64,000 nt of DNA. It comes from an uncultured cyanobacterium (GTDB lineage: Bacteria > Cyanobacteriota > Cyanobacteriia > Cyanobacteriales > Cyanobacteriaceae). The DNA lies in contig CAVQBA010000004.1 of the NCBI GenBank assembly GCA_963710605.1, forward strand, positions 672,001-736,000, written 5' to 3'. The position numbers were made by a program, and so were the translations under genes. Below, piece after piece: positions 34,578 through 45,611 of the stretch (within the stretch, counting starts at the first letter, position 1; every line of letters starts with the position of its first letter). The notes below the pieces were generated by a model. That model ran no database searches, had not been told where the DNA came from, and was given only the letters and a program-made list of their open reading frames with translations.

Positions 34578-35579
34578 TTGTCTAAGGGAAAGATTCAGAT
34601 GTTTTATATCGTGAAACGTTTACTTCAAGGGTTATTAACTTTGTTGTTGGCTTCTATGTTAAGTTTTGCCATTATTCAATTAGCCCCAGGTGATTATCTA
34701 GATGCACTCAGACAAAACCCAACAATTTCGATTGAAACGATCGAACAACTGAAAATTCGTTTTGGTTTAGATAAACCTGCTTTAGTGCAATATTGGTTAT
34801 GGCTAAGACAAGTTGTTACTCGTTTTGACTTTGGTGAAAGTTTTGTTTATTCTCGATCGGTTTCGAGTTTAATTTTAGAACGAATACCAGCTACTTTACT
34901 TTTAGCTTTTGCTTCTATTATACTCACTTGGACGATCGCTTTACCTTTAGGTATCATTAGTGCAGTTAAACAAAATACTAATACCGATCGAGCTTTAAGA
35001 GTTTTTAGTTATTTCGGGCAAGGATTTCCCAGTTTTATTACGGCTTTAATTTTTTTGATTATTGCTCAATATCTATCACCTATTTTTCCTGTCGGCGGGA
35101 TGACGAGTATCGATCATGAGCAACTATCTTTTGTCGGTAAAATATTTGATATCGGTTGGCATATGATTTTACCCACAATCGCTTTAAGTATTACTAGCTT
35201 TGCCGGATTACAACGACTAACTAGAGGACAACTATTAGACGTTTTAAAACAAGATTATATTCAAACAGCAAGGGCGAAAGGATTACCCGAAAATAAGGTT
35301 ATTTATGTTCACGCTTTACGTAATGCCATTAATCCTTTGGTGACGTTAATTGGTTTTGAATTTGCTAGTTTATTAAGTGGTTCGTTTATTGCGGAATATT
35401 TTTTTAATTGGCCGGGTTTAGGTAGATTAATTTTACAAGCTGTTCAAGCACAAGATTTGTATTTAGTAATGGCTAGTTTGATGATGGGGGCAACTATGTT
35501 AATTATTGGTAATTTATTTGCTGATATTTTACTAACTTTTATCGATCCTCGCATACAATTAGACAATATAGACAGTTAG
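34578..35579 (+). CDS. Peptide/nickel ABC transporter permease (DppB/OppB-like)
   Basis: DYIQTARAKGL...HALRNA; WPGLG; DPRI. Confidence 0.9.
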   Translation: MSKGKIQMFYIVKRLLQGLLTLLLASMLSFAIIQLAPGDYLDALRQNPTISIETIEQLKIRFGLDKPALVQYWLWLRQVVTRFDFGESFVYSRSVSSLILERIPATLLLAFASIILTWTIALPLGIISAVKQNTNTDRALRVFSYFGQGFPSFITALIFLIIAQYLSPIFPVGGMTSIDHEQLSFVGKIFDIGWHMILPTIALSITSFAGLQRLTRGQLLDVLKQDYIQTARAKGLPENKVIYVHALRNAINPLVTLIGFEFASLLSGSFIAEYFFNWPGLGRLILQAVQAQDLYLVMASLMMGATMLIIGNLFADILLTFIDPRIQLDNIDS

Positions 35580-35709
35580 GATAATTGAGAAAATTGCAGG
35601 CTTCATGCTCTTGCATTTTTGATTCAATCGTTATTTAATTGAGCGAAAAACAAAGTAAACTGCATAATTAATATTACTTAGCTACTTATCGAAGATAAAC
35701 TATAATTTT

Positions 35710-35904
35710 TTAGTTGTATGTTTTTATTGTTAGATAACCTAAAAAGCTAAAGACAAAGAGAACGATCGTAATTAAAAAAATCCATCCAGGTAAAAAACTA
35801 ACTAAACCAAAACCTCTAACTAGATACAATAGAATACTTAGAGGAAAAGATATTTTTAAGACGATTTCTAACCATCTATTCCATTTTCTTCGGTTATTTC
35901 TCAT
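35710..35904 (-). CDS. Small two-TM membrane protein
   Basis: 64-aa ORF, two hydrophobic segments, YLVRGFGLVSFLPG. Confidence 0.55.
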   Translation of the reverse strand: MRNNRRKWNRWLEIVLKISFPLSILLYLVRGFGLVSFLPGWIFLITIVLFVFSFLGYLTIKTYN

Positions 35905-35952
35905 ACTTTTAAAGATTAATTATGTTTACAGTTGTTTCTCATCAAAATAAGG

Positions 35953-36082
35953 CTATAGCAATTTTACTATTTGAGTTATGTAATTTTTTAGCGGCGAGAA
36001 TTGAGAATTAAGAATTAGTAATCTATCTAAGATTTTTGCCAATTATTTGATACACCACAAACTATTTAGTAGGATTGCTATA
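35953..36082. mobile_element. TATAGC-ended MITE-like element
   Basis: Terminal inverted repeats tatagcaattttacta / tagtaggattgctata (14 of 16 match). Confidence 0.6.
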
Positions 36083-36172
36083 TTAGTTATCTTTGATTTT
36101 AAAAACACAAAGAAAAAGCTGTATTTTATCACAATGATAATTAAATAATTCAATCACTAACTAATTTTTGAA

Positions 36173-36847
36173 TCATCGAGATAATCGATCGCTTTTAGAA
36201 AGAACAAATAAACTACCATCACCACCACGACCAATACGCATAGTCTCATCAATATAAGTAATAGTTAAGCTAGGTATTCTCCCTTCAGAAGCTTTAGCAT
36301 CAAAAACCTTAACTGGATCTAATATAGGTGTTTTAATACCTAATAGTTTTTCGATCGAAACATATCTTTTCTCAAAAAATACATTAATAGTACGATCGGG
36401 TAAAGATTGTTTTTCATCTGTTTTTGGGGCAAAGGTTGCCGTTACTTTCACGTATCCTTGAAGTAAGTTAGATGGATGTTTGACAAAAGCAATATTGTAA
36501 AACGAAGCGTCTTGGGTATTGATAATTTGGTAAACAGTCTGCAGTTGAAAATTAAATGGTAATTTATTTAGAGAACGAATTTCACGGGCTGTAGAATAAT
36601 GTAACTGCCAAATCCCGTCAAGTAAATTAGCACCATAAAATAAAGGTTTAGGAAATGGATTCTGAGCTTCTAAATTACTAGATAACTGTTCAATGATATC
36701 TGCTTGTGAAGATGAAAGTAAAACATCGGTGATGGGATAATCAGGGTTATATCCTTTATTTTTAGCATTCAGTGCGATCGTGGATAGCAATTTCTCTTTA
36801 TTAATTAAACGACTATTCAAAACTACCTTTACCTCATAATTGATCAC
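36173..36847 (-). CDS. PAP/fibrillin family protein
   Basis: LEAQNP...LLDGIWQLHYS; TYIDETMRIGRG. Confidence 0.88.
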   Translation of the reverse strand: MINYEVKVVLNSRLINKEKLLSTIALNAKNKGYNPDYPITDVLLSSSQADIIEQLSSNLEAQNPFPKPLFYGANLLDGIWQLHYSTAREIRSLNKLPFNFQLQTVYQIINTQDASFYNIAFVKHPSNLLQGYVKVTATFAPKTDEKQSLPDRTINVFFEKRYVSIEKLLGIKTPILDPVKVFDAKASEGRIPSLTITYIDETMRIGRGGDGSLFVLSKSDRLSR

Positions 36848-36982
36848 ACATCTTATATCATAATTCTAATTGAGAACTTAGAGCAATGGAGAATAAGTAT
36901 CATAACTCAATCTTAGAAATTGTAATGTAGAAACATTACTCACAGATAAAAAATGTCCATGCCTAATCTCAATTATTTTAAA

Positions 36983-37798
36983 TTATGATTGAGTATTTTC
37001 TAAACTCAAAAAGTTTTTTAATGCCATAATCATTGAAGGTGGCCAATGACGAACATTTGTTAACCAATCAATATCTTTATAACGACTATCAATTCCTACT
37101 GTTGCCACCCAATTACTTTCAGCTTCGCCTTGATTTCCTTTCTCCCACAATACAGCAGTTAAGGCCGCTCGCATATCAGGAAACATCGGATATTTACGGA
37201 CAATATTTCTCATCTGTTTAATTGCTTTATCTGTTTCACCTAATTCATACAAAGCTAAAGACTCATTCGCTCTAGCGAAAGCAAAATTAGAGGCAATTTG
37301 TGAGGCTTGATGATAATATTCAACTGCTTTATCCCATTGTTTCATCCCGGCGTAAGCATTACCGATGTTGTTATAAGCCATTGCATCACCTGCATCTAAC
37401 TCAAGTACTTTCTCGTAATCTGCGATCGCTGATTCATATTTACCCAAACCTTCATAGGCAACACCACGATTAAGATAAGGATCAGCAACATCTGGTGCAA
37501 GTTCTACTGATTTGTTATAATCACTTAGAGCTTCTGCTAATTTATTTTGACTGACTCTGGCATTACCACGATTACTCCATACTGCTGGATTAGAGGGAAA
37601 AGTTTCAATTAGTTCTGTCCAATAACCTTCTGCTGTAGGAAAATCACCTTTATTTGTGGCTTCGATCGCCGAACGGGCAATATCTTCTCCATGTTGAATT
37701 TGAGCTTCTGTGAGCGAGCTAACGCCCATATCTTCAGCTTTTACAGGATTTACCAATAAAAAAAAGCCGATCACTAAGCTGATTAATAGTTTCCACAT
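36983..37798 (-). CDS. TPR-repeat protein with N-terminal signal peptide
   Basis: Repeated WSNRG/YLNRG/YNNIG TPR units. Confidence 0.88.
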   Translation of the reverse strand: MWKLLISLVIGFFLLVNPVKAEDMGVSSLTEAQIQHGEDIARSAIEATNKGDFPTAEGYWTELIETFPSNPAVWSNRGNARVSQNKLAEALSDYNKSVELAPDVADPYLNRGVAYEGLGKYESAIADYEKVLELDAGDAMAYNNIGNAYAGMKQWDKAVEYYHQASQIASNFAFARANESLALYELGETDKAIKQMRNIVRKYPMFPDMRAALTAVLWEKGNQGEAESNWVATVGIDSRYKDIDWLTNVRHWPPSMIMALKNFLSLENTQS

Positions 37799-37845
37799 AT
37801 AAATTAAGATAACAATAATAAACGGGCTTGTAATCTATCTTAACA

Positions 37846-37975
37846 TTGAACCTCCCGTCGCTTTCGCCAGCGAGGGATTCTAGTTTCATCAACTCTTAAC
37901 TATACTTTAGATAAATCTAAAATACCCGTTAGAACGTCTCAACTAGCATTTTCTAACAAGCTAGATTTATGACTT
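37846..37975 (-). mobile_element. Orphan IS200/IS605-family right end (omegaRNA/reRNA-scaffold-like), no tnpA or tnpB
   Basis: Minus strand ends GAATCCCTCGCTGGCGAAAGCGACGGGAGGTTCAA (subterminal hairpin plus TCAA), preceded by a long stem. Confidence 0.6.
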
Positions 37976-37989
37976 AGATATCACATCAA

Positions 37990-39876
37990 TCACATTTTCA
38001 GTATTTTCATTAAATAACTAATATTTAGCGGTTTATTGAGATGATGATCAAATCCTGCTTCTAAACTTCTTTGACGGTCTTGTTCTGAAGCATAACCAGA
38101 AAGTGCGATCGCTTTTAGCTTTTTGTCTGAGTTAAACTGTTGTCGTCTAATTTTACTAATTAATTCATAACCATTCATCAGAGGCATTCCGATATCACTA
38201 ATCAAAATATTCGGTTCAAAACGATCGATTTGCGATAAAGCCTCTACAGCAGATGAAACCGCATTAACTTCAGCACCTTCAGCTTCTAATAGAAAACAAA
38301 TTAAATGTCTTGAGTCATTATTATCATCAACAACTAACACTTTGTTGCCTGAAAGATTATTAATCTGTTGTAAACTTTGCTCTTGAGCATTTTTTGCAGT
38401 GTCAGCAAATATCGGTAAAAAAATAGTAAACGTTGCCCCCTTACCTAAACCCTGACTAGTCGCCGTGATATCACCTTCATGTAGTTTTATCAGACGACGA
38501 ACGATCGCTAAACCTAATCCTAACCCACCTTCGCTTCTAGTTTTAGTCGTTTCTGCTTGACGGAAATAATCAAAAACATAAGGTAAAAATTCTGAAGTAA
38601 TTCCCTTTCCTGAATCGATTACTTGAATCTGGGCATAATTCGTCAGTTTGTCTTTTTTAGAATCAAGCTTAACCTCAACTATTCCTCCCTCAGGAGTAAA
38701 CTTGATCGCATTAGTTAGTAAATTCCAAACTACTTGTTGTATTCTAGTTGGGTCACCTTTTACTAAACCGATTTGGGCTAAATTAGTTTTGATCTGGATT
38801 GATTTATCTTGAGCGATTAGATTAACAGTTTCTAAAGCATTGTTGATGATATTAACTAAATTTACCGAACATATTTGTAATTTTAATTTACCTTGAATAA
38901 TACGAGAAATGTCTAAAATGTCACCAATTAATTGAGATTGCAACATAGCGTTGCGATAAATAATTTCTGCTCCTTGTTTTAGTTGAACTTCTGGCAGACT
39001 GCCTTTAATTAGTAATTGAGCCCAACCAACGATCGGGTTTAAAGGCGTTCTTAATTCATGAGATAAAATAGCTAAAAATTCATCTTTGGCACGATTTGCC
39101 GCTTGTGCTTCGTCTAATAACTTAACTCTTTCTTCTTCAGCTTGTTTTAATTGAGTAATATCTCGTAGCGATACCACGTAAGCTTTGATACCCTGCCATT
39201 GAATTTGACTAACTCGCATTTGAGCTACTAGTGTTTTATCTTTACCAACTGGTATATCAACTTCTAAATAGTCGCCATTGACTACAGGAAAACCTAATGC
39301 TTCACCCATCAACTCGTCACTAAATGATTTGTTTAGTAATTTTAAAGCGGCGGCATTAACGAACTTAACTATACCACGCTCATCTACAACTATAATACCG
39401 TCAGGATTTTCTAGAATTAATTTTTGTAATTGTCGATCGCTTTTAGCTTCGCATAAAGATTGAAAATAAAAATAATCTGGTTGTGATAAAGTTTTGATAA
39501 TTATTTGAGGTAGATGTGATAAAGTTTCTGAGGTGAGATAATCTACTGCCCCAGTTTTAATCGCCGCTACAGCAGTAGGAATATGGGATTTACCATTAAC
39601 TACTAGTACGGGAATTTGGAGATTATTTTGCCAAAAAAAAGTAATCGTTTTTTCTAAACTAATTCCTTTGAAATTAGCATCATAAAGAACTAAATCAATA
39701 GAAACTAGAATATCTTGATCGATGGTTAAATTAGTTGCTTGTCGTAAATTAAATTGTAAATAATCGGCTTGTTTTAAAACACAAATAATCGTGTTAAGCG
39801 AAAACGTATCAGCCAAAACAAGTATTTCGATCGTTTCGGGCATATCTTCTGTAGGGTGAAATAGCCTTGTCGTCAT
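37990..39876 (-). CDS. Hybrid histidine kinase REC-PAS-HisKA-HATPase-REC
   Basis: LSHELRTPL; NLLTNAIKFT; GLGLGL; C-terminal ISDIGMP...NKP. Confidence 0.92.
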   Translation of the reverse strand: MTTRLFHPTEDMPETIEILVLADTFSLNTIICVLKQADYLQFNLRQATNLTIDQDILVSIDLVLYDANFKGISLEKTITFFWQNNLQIPVLVVNGKSHIPTAVAAIKTGAVDYLTSETLSHLPQIIIKTLSQPDYFYFQSLCEAKSDRQLQKLILENPDGIIVVDERGIVKFVNAAALKLLNKSFSDELMGEALGFPVVNGDYLEVDIPVGKDKTLVAQMRVSQIQWQGIKAYVVSLRDITQLKQAEEERVKLLDEAQAANRAKDEFLAILSHELRTPLNPIVGWAQLLIKGSLPEVQLKQGAEIIYRNAMLQSQLIGDILDISRIIQGKLKLQICSVNLVNIINNALETVNLIAQDKSIQIKTNLAQIGLVKGDPTRIQQVVWNLLTNAIKFTPEGGIVEVKLDSKKDKLTNYAQIQVIDSGKGITSEFLPYVFDYFRQAETTKTRSEGGLGLGLAIVRRLIKLHEGDITATSQGLGKGATFTIFLPIFADTAKNAQEQSLQQINNLSGNKVLVVDDNNDSRHLICFLLEAEGAEVNAVSSAVEALSQIDRFEPNILISDIGMPLMNGYELISKIRRQQFNSDKKLKAIALSGYASEQDRQRSLEAGFDHHLNKPLNISYLMKILKM

Positions 39877-40416
39877 TGATTAGTTTTATTGTTTCTAGTC
39901 TTTACTTTTTTTTTCATTTTAATAAATATTTGGTCTTAATAACCTATTTGAGATAGTGTTAATCACAACCAATACAAGCTAAAAGGCTTTTAAAATATTA
40001 AATTAGCTTTGATGTTGGTATCCGTTAAATTTTTTTTGATCTCATAAATAAGTTAAAAATCTACTGATTCTAGCTTATTACCAAAAATTTTCTTTCTTAC
40101 TTTAAGTACATTTGTTCATAGTTTACTAATCTTTTATTTGAAAGCAAAATAAATATCTCCAATTATAAAATTAAAGTAGTTGCTTTATCTATACTTATTG
40201 TACTAGTTAGAAATATAATCGGCTTTAGTCTGTTACTAATTACTTAATCTAATTGTGCCATTGTTCGTAACTGAATTCTCAATTACGACAAACATAGCGA
40301 GAAATAACAGCCGTTACTTGTTGATTTAATTTATCGAGTTTTTGAGTATTAGTTTGTAGTAGATTCACGATCGATATTTAAAAAGGTAAAGTAAAAAAAG
40401 AGAAAATTACGCATTA

Positions 40417-40740
40417 ATGAAAAATAAAAATCTTGGCTTTAACGATCGATGCTACCAACTTTTGCAACAAATACCTACGGGTAAAGTTACCACTTACAAA
40501 GAAATTGCTCAAGCTTTAAACACCAAAGCATATCGAGCGGTAGGAAATGCAATGGCTAAAAACACCCAACTAATTGTAATTCCTTGTCGTCATTGAGTAG
40601 TTAAAAGTAATGGAGAGATTGGTAATTATCGATATTTAAAAAACCAGAAGCGAAATCTACTTGAAAAAGAGGGTGTAGTTATTAAAAACAATAAAGTTGA
40701 GAATTTGAGTACGATAATTTATCAATTTTTTGATGACTAA
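40417..40740 (+). pseudogene. MGMT/Ogt-family alkyltransferase gene with an in-frame stop
   Basis: Manual translation ...QIPTGKVTTYKEIAQAL..AYRAVGNAM...IPCRH*VVKSNGEIGNY...KRNLLEKEGV; TGA at 40594-40596. Confidence 0.85.
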
Positions 40741-40903
40741 TTGCCAATATGTTTTTGGTGACAAATAGTTTTTTCATTACTCGCTCAATAAAATAAATTA
40801 TTATTTAGGAAAATGATTAATTGTCCACAATAGAGATTATCCAGAGATAGAATCTCCTTTATACTAAAAATTAAGCGAAAAAAAATAACTAGAAACAAAA
40901 ATA

Positions 40904-41320
40904 ATGGCAGAAGAAACTAAAAAACCACCAGCAAAGAAAGCTAAACCACCCAAACTAGAGGATAAACCTTTTTTGGAGTATATGAATGAGCATTATTTAC
41001 CTAAATTAAAAGATGCTTTAAATGAGCAAGAATTATCCCAAGTTGATGTTGATTTCAAAAAAGAGAAAATCACAGTAGTGGGTTATGAATCTCTCCCTGA
41101 ATGTTGGCAAATAATTGGTAATCTAGATAATCGGACTTTTTTCCTTTACTTTTTAGACGAAGATATTAGTGGGCAAAAAGCTTTTTCTTGTACGATTAAT
41201 GATGAAAAACCAAGTACTCTAGAATCTTTTATGATTGATGAGCGTAGAGTTAATCTTGATCTTTTAGTCTTATTCTTGTTAAAACGTTTAAACGGTCAAA
41301 AATGGTTGGCTAGAAACTAA
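40904..41320 (+). CDS. ndhV: NDH-1 subunit NdhV (DUF2996)
   Basis: KAKPPKLEDKPF...STLESFMIDERRVNLDLLV...RLNGQKWL. Confidence 0.8.
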   Translation: MAEETKKPPAKKAKPPKLEDKPFLEYMNEHYLPKLKDALNEQELSQVDVDFKKEKITVVGYESLPECWQIIGNLDNRTFFLYFLDEDISGQKAFSCTINDEKPSTLESFMIDERRVNLDLLVLFLLKRLNGQKWLARN

Positions 41321-41490
41321 CGTAACAGAGAATTGAGAATTAAGATGAATTCTTGCACTGTCCGCAATTATTCGGTGAGAATTAATCTTTGCTTACTTTT
41401 TCATTTAAAGTTTAGCTTTTAACTCTTCACTCTTAACTCTCAATTCATTTTACCAGAACTTTGAGTTAGTAATTATTACTCATCCCTAGT

Positions 41491-42930
41491 TTATGCTAAT
41501 TCCAAATTATCTTCTGATGAGCCTTCATGAACTGTTTTAACCCATTTGAGTCTTTTTTGACGGATAGACATTCTTAAGGTAGTTATCGGCATCACAATCA
41601 GCCAATGAGTCATATAAATCATCCCCAACAAACTTTGGCTAAGTAATTTAATTTGTTCAAACCAGCTTAACTGCTTTGAGTTACTACTTCTTTTTAAACC
41701 ACTAAACATTCCCCAAAAACCAACACTAACGGTAATAGTAGTGAGGGGGGCAACTAATGGTAAATCATGTTTAATTATTACCATCAATAAATCGGGTATC
41801 GAGGCGGTAGGTAAGAGATATTGAATGAGAAAGAAATAAAATAAGTCAAATTTTTTCCGCCAATTGAGACTTGTACCCAAAATAAAACGCCAATAGTCTA
41901 GATAACGTTGATAGCCTCCTTCTGCCCAACGACTTCTTTGATGCCATAATGCGATCGCACCTTTGACTCCTTCTTCTTCTACTGCCGGTGCTGGTAAGAT
42001 ACCAATATCCCAATCATCAAGATGTAAACGAATAGTTAAATCCAAATCATCAGTAATTGTTTCTTCATTCCAGCCACCACAACTTTCTAAAGCTTGACGA
42101 CGAACAAATTGCCCATTACCCCTTAATTCACCTATTCCGCCACAACTAATTCTTTGTTGTTGAAAATAGCTATCTAATGCCATTTCTGCTGATTGCCCTT
42201 TCGTCCAAAAATTCTCGTTTTGATTTGAAATTGCTTTTCTAACTTGAATTGCTCCAATATTTTCGGTGGCAAATAAAGGAACAACTTGTAATAATAAGTC
42301 TTGAGAAACGATCGCATCAGCATCAAAAACACCAATCAAGTCACCGTTTGTCAAAGCTAATACTTGATTTAAAGCACCTGACTTTCCTCCACGGGCTTGA
42401 CTATCACGATGTAAAACATTTAGTTGAGGATATTTTTGGGTTAACTTATCCAGAATTTCACCTGTACGATCGTTACTATTATCATTGATTACCCAAAATT
42501 CGTAAAGTTCTTGAGGATAATCTAACTCAGACAACATTGCGACTAATTTACTAATAACGGGTGCTTCATTTTTGGCCGCTACTAATAAAGAAATTTTCGG
42601 TAAAGTATTAATCTTATTTGGCTTAACTTCAACAGAGGAAGAAATGGTTAATGGAGAAGAAAAAAGTAACCGCAATGCTTGAACGAGAATAAAGATAGCC
42701 AATAACATAACAACCAACCAACCCATAGGAATTAGGTGCAAAGTAATTGTAATCAGCCAAATTAAACTTAAAGCCAAAGCGGCTTTTTTTCTTCTTCCTT
42801 CAAAACCGAGGAAAAAATCATTTTTAAATTCTTCTTCTTCTAATTCTGGATTGGAAAATTCATCAATAATTGAAGTAATTAAATCTGATTTGGGCTTATT
42901 ATGGTAACTATCTGGATTGTTTTTTGGCAT
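41491..42930 (-). CDS. mgdA: GT2 glycosyltransferase, monoglucosyldiacylglycerol synthase-like
   Basis: FEGRRKKAA; FDADA; ELRGNGQF; TDDLD; QRSRWAEGG; WVKTVH. Confidence 0.8.
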   Translation of the reverse strand: MPKNNPDSYHNKPKSDLITSIIDEFSNPELEEEEFKNDFFLGFEGRRKKAALALSLIWLITITLHLIPMGWLVVMLLAIFILVQALRLLFSSPLTISSSVEVKPNKINTLPKISLLVAAKNEAPVISKLVAMLSELDYPQELYEFWVINDNSNDRTGEILDKLTQKYPQLNVLHRDSQARGGKSGALNQVLALTNGDLIGVFDADAIVSQDLLLQVVPLFATENIGAIQVRKAISNQNENFWTKGQSAEMALDSYFQQQRISCGGIGELRGNGQFVRRQALESCGGWNEETITDDLDLTIRLHLDDWDIGILPAPAVEEEGVKGAIALWHQRSRWAEGGYQRYLDYWRFILGTSLNWRKKFDLFYFFLIQYLLPTASIPDLLMVIIKHDLPLVAPLTTITVSVGFWGMFSGLKRSSNSKQLSWFEQIKLLSQSLLGMIYMTHWLIVMPITTLRMSIRQKRLKWVKTVHEGSSEDNLELA

Positions 42931-43500
42931 TCTCAAACTATGGTTAATTAACTAAAGATCGATCGACTACAAATGTTCTTTGTATTGACTTTATCATTTA
43001 ATGAAAAATAATCAAATTAATAATCTTATATATGAACGGCTTATTTAGACTATAATTTAAAGCGAATATCTTAATTATAAACTTAACTAAATTAATTGTA
43101 TATGACTATCATATAGTATAGTTCAAGTTATATTTAATTTAATTTTAACGGCAATTATTTATTTAAATAATTTTAACTGGAGCGTTAATTTTGATTACTA
43201 AAATATTTTTATGTCTAATCAAAAAAGAAAGTAAAAAAGAAAGTGTTTATTAGTACAAGCTTTGAGTTTTTAGTTTATTTATCATAAAATTATGTAAGTA
43301 TATTATTAATTATTTCTGATTGCTTTCTTAATGTTAACAACTATTAATTATAATTTAAGTTATCTGTAGTAATCTTATTTTGGTAAGTTAAAAAATTTAG
43401 GTAGATTAACAAAGAATTAAAAGTTAATTGATAAAATCAATCCAGAAAATTGGTAATAAAGGCGATATTTGATATTATCATTGGTTGAAATCGATCGTCT

Positions 43501-44211
43501 ATGATTATTTTCTCTTCTATGAAACCATATCAAGCTATCAAAATTATCGAATGTAATGAGCCTTTAGTGACTATTCCGCCGACAGAATTTATTTTAGAAG
43601 AGCCTTGTGCTTATGCTAAATGTGGTGCTGATTATCAAGGTAAATCAGCTTATTTTCTCAGAGAAGGAGTTTTAACTAAATTATTGCAAGCTAAAGCTCA
43701 ACTAGCTCAAATTAAACCTGATTGGCAGTTAAAAATATTTGATGCTTATCGACCAATTTCAGTTCAAAGACATATGGTTGATTATACTTTTAAGTCTTTG
43801 TGTCACGATCGACAACTTAATCCTCATCAGCTTAGTAACGAGCAAAAAGACACACTTTATCAAGAAGTATATCAAATTTGGGCAGTCCCTAGTGATAATC
43901 CGCAAACACCTCCTCCTCACAGCACAGGGGCGGCAATTGACTTAACTTTGATGACTCAACAAAAAATCGAAATTAATTTAGGTGGAGAAATAGATGAATT
44001 ATCTCCTCGCTCACATCCTGACTATTATGCTGAGGCTACTACAACGATCGAAAAACAATATCATCACGATCGTCTTCTGCTTAATCAAATTATGACTCAA
44101 GCAGGTTTTCGCCGTCATCCTCAAGAATGGTGGCATTTTTCTTATGGTGATCAATTTTATTCATGGTTAGCTAATCAAACTACAGCTAAGTATGGCAGAA
44201 TAATTCAATAA
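43501..44211 (+). CDS. D-alanyl-D-alanine dipeptidase (M15, VanX-like)
   Basis: FDAYRP; PPHSTGAAIDL; EWWHF. Confidence 0.9.
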   Translation: MIIFSSMKPYQAIKIIECNEPLVTIPPTEFILEEPCAYAKCGADYQGKSAYFLREGVLTKLLQAKAQLAQIKPDWQLKIFDAYRPISVQRHMVDYTFKSLCHDRQLNPHQLSNEQKDTLYQEVYQIWAVPSDNPQTPPPHSTGAAIDLTLMTQQKIEINLGGEIDELSPRSHPDYYAEATTTIEKQYHHDRLLLNQIMTQAGFRRHPQEWWHFSYGDQFYSWLANQTTAKYGRIIQ

Positions 44212-44461
44212 TTGATCAATCAAAAAAACTTTTTTTTATTCTTTCTTCTTCAGTCATAACCTATTATTGAGCTTGTTTATACCTCCTTACTTAGCCTCTA
44301 TTTAATCCAAAAACTATAATTTTCACTTATATTATTGATAACCAACATAAAACTATAACTACTACGAAATGTATTTTATCTACCATTATTTGGCAAATAA
44401 CAATAATAAAGTTGTGATTATGGTAAAGTATTAACGAAAAAGTTAACAAAAATTAATAATT

Positions 44462-44977
44462 ATGACTAATTTTCGATTAACGGCAGAAAAAGCATCAATG
44501 AATTGCGGTCAAACCAATCATTCGATCGTGATGACAAAAGAAAAATTTACAGCAAGTAAAAACAATTTAACTACGACTCAAGAAAAACGAGATTTAGCGT
44601 GGAAAATAGCCCCTAATCTTCTTTCTAGTTTTAAATATGCTTGGCAAGGAGTTAGATATGCTTTTACCACTCAACGTAACTTTCGGATTCATACAGCGAT
44701 GACATTCATCGCCTTGACGTGCGGTTTTGTTCTCCACGTAACTACAGTTGAAATGGCATTGATTTCTATTACTTGTGCCATGGTGATAGTTTTAGAATTA
44801 TTTAATACAGCTCTTGAATCCGTTGTGGATTTGACAGTGGAGAAAAACTTTCATGTATTGGCGAAAATAGCCAAAGATTGTGCGGCGGGTGCTGTTTTAA
44901 TCTCCGCAATCACATCTTTAATTGTTGCCGGTTTTATTTTGTTACCTCATGCGTTAGACTTAATAGTCTCAATCTAG
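44462..44977 (+). CDS. dgkA: Diacylglycerol/undecaprenol kinase family protein
   Basis: SFKYAWQG; QRNFRIH; ELFNTALESVVD; AKDCAAGAVL. Confidence 0.88.
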   Translation: MTNFRLTAEKASMNCGQTNHSIVMTKEKFTASKNNLTTTQEKRDLAWKIAPNLLSSFKYAWQGVRYAFTTQRNFRIHTAMTFIALTCGFVLHVTTVEMALISITCAMVIVLELFNTALESVVDLTVEKNFHVLAKIAKDCAAGAVLISAITSLIVAGFILLPHALDLIVSI

Positions 44978-45002
44978 TATTGATTTACGAGGAGAAAGCA
45001 GG

Positions 45003-45593
45003 TTGATTTTAGTTATCGACAACTACGACAGTTTTACCTATAACTTAGTCCAGTATTTAGGTGAATTAGGAATTGAATACGAAGTTGCTCAGGAAATTAA
45101 AGTATTTCGTAATGATCAAATTACGATCGAGCAAATAAAAGAACTTAAACCAGATGCCATTATTATTTCACCAGGTCCTGGTAATCCTGATTCTTCAGGT
45201 ATTTGCTTACAACTAGTTGAACAATTAGGTGAACAATATCCCATCTTAGGAGTTTGTCTAGGACATCAAACGATCGGTCAAGTGTACGGGGGGAAAGTAG
45301 TTGGTGCGCCAACGCTTATGCACGGTAAAACCTCACCGATTTTACATCAAAACACAGGAGTATTTGCTCAATTACCAAATCCATTAGTAGCTACTCGTTA
45401 TCATAGTTTAGTCGTCGATAAAGATTCGATACCACCAATATTAGAAATTACGGCACAAACAGAAGATGGTATCGTCATGGGTCTTAGGCATAAAAAATAT
45501 GCTCACGTTCAAGGAGTGCAATTTCATCCTGAAAGTATTCTTACTGATTGTGGGTTGAAATTATTAGGCAATTTTTTGGCAGAGTTAAATTAA
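45003..45593 (+). CDS. trpG: Anthranilate/aminodeoxychorismate synthase component II
   Basis: IDNYDSFTYNL; SPGPG; GVCLGHQ; QFHPES; TTG start with GAGGAG RBS. Confidence 0.9.
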   Translation: MILVIDNYDSFTYNLVQYLGELGIEYEVAQEIKVFRNDQITIEQIKELKPDAIIISPGPGNPDSSGICLQLVEQLGEQYPILGVCLGHQTIGQVYGGKVVGAPTLMHGKTSPILHQNTGVFAQLPNPLVATRYHSLVVDKDSIPPILEITAQTEDGIVMGLRHKKYAHVQGVQFHPESILTDCGLKLLGNFLAELN

Positions 45594-45611
45594 AAATTAA
45601 GATTAATAATT

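Noticed and set aside
40594-40596. In-frame TGA next to the MGMT catalytic Cys as possible selenocysteine
   Set aside because: The TGA is at the conserved Arg position, the Cys codon is intact and no SECIS-like hairpin is evident.
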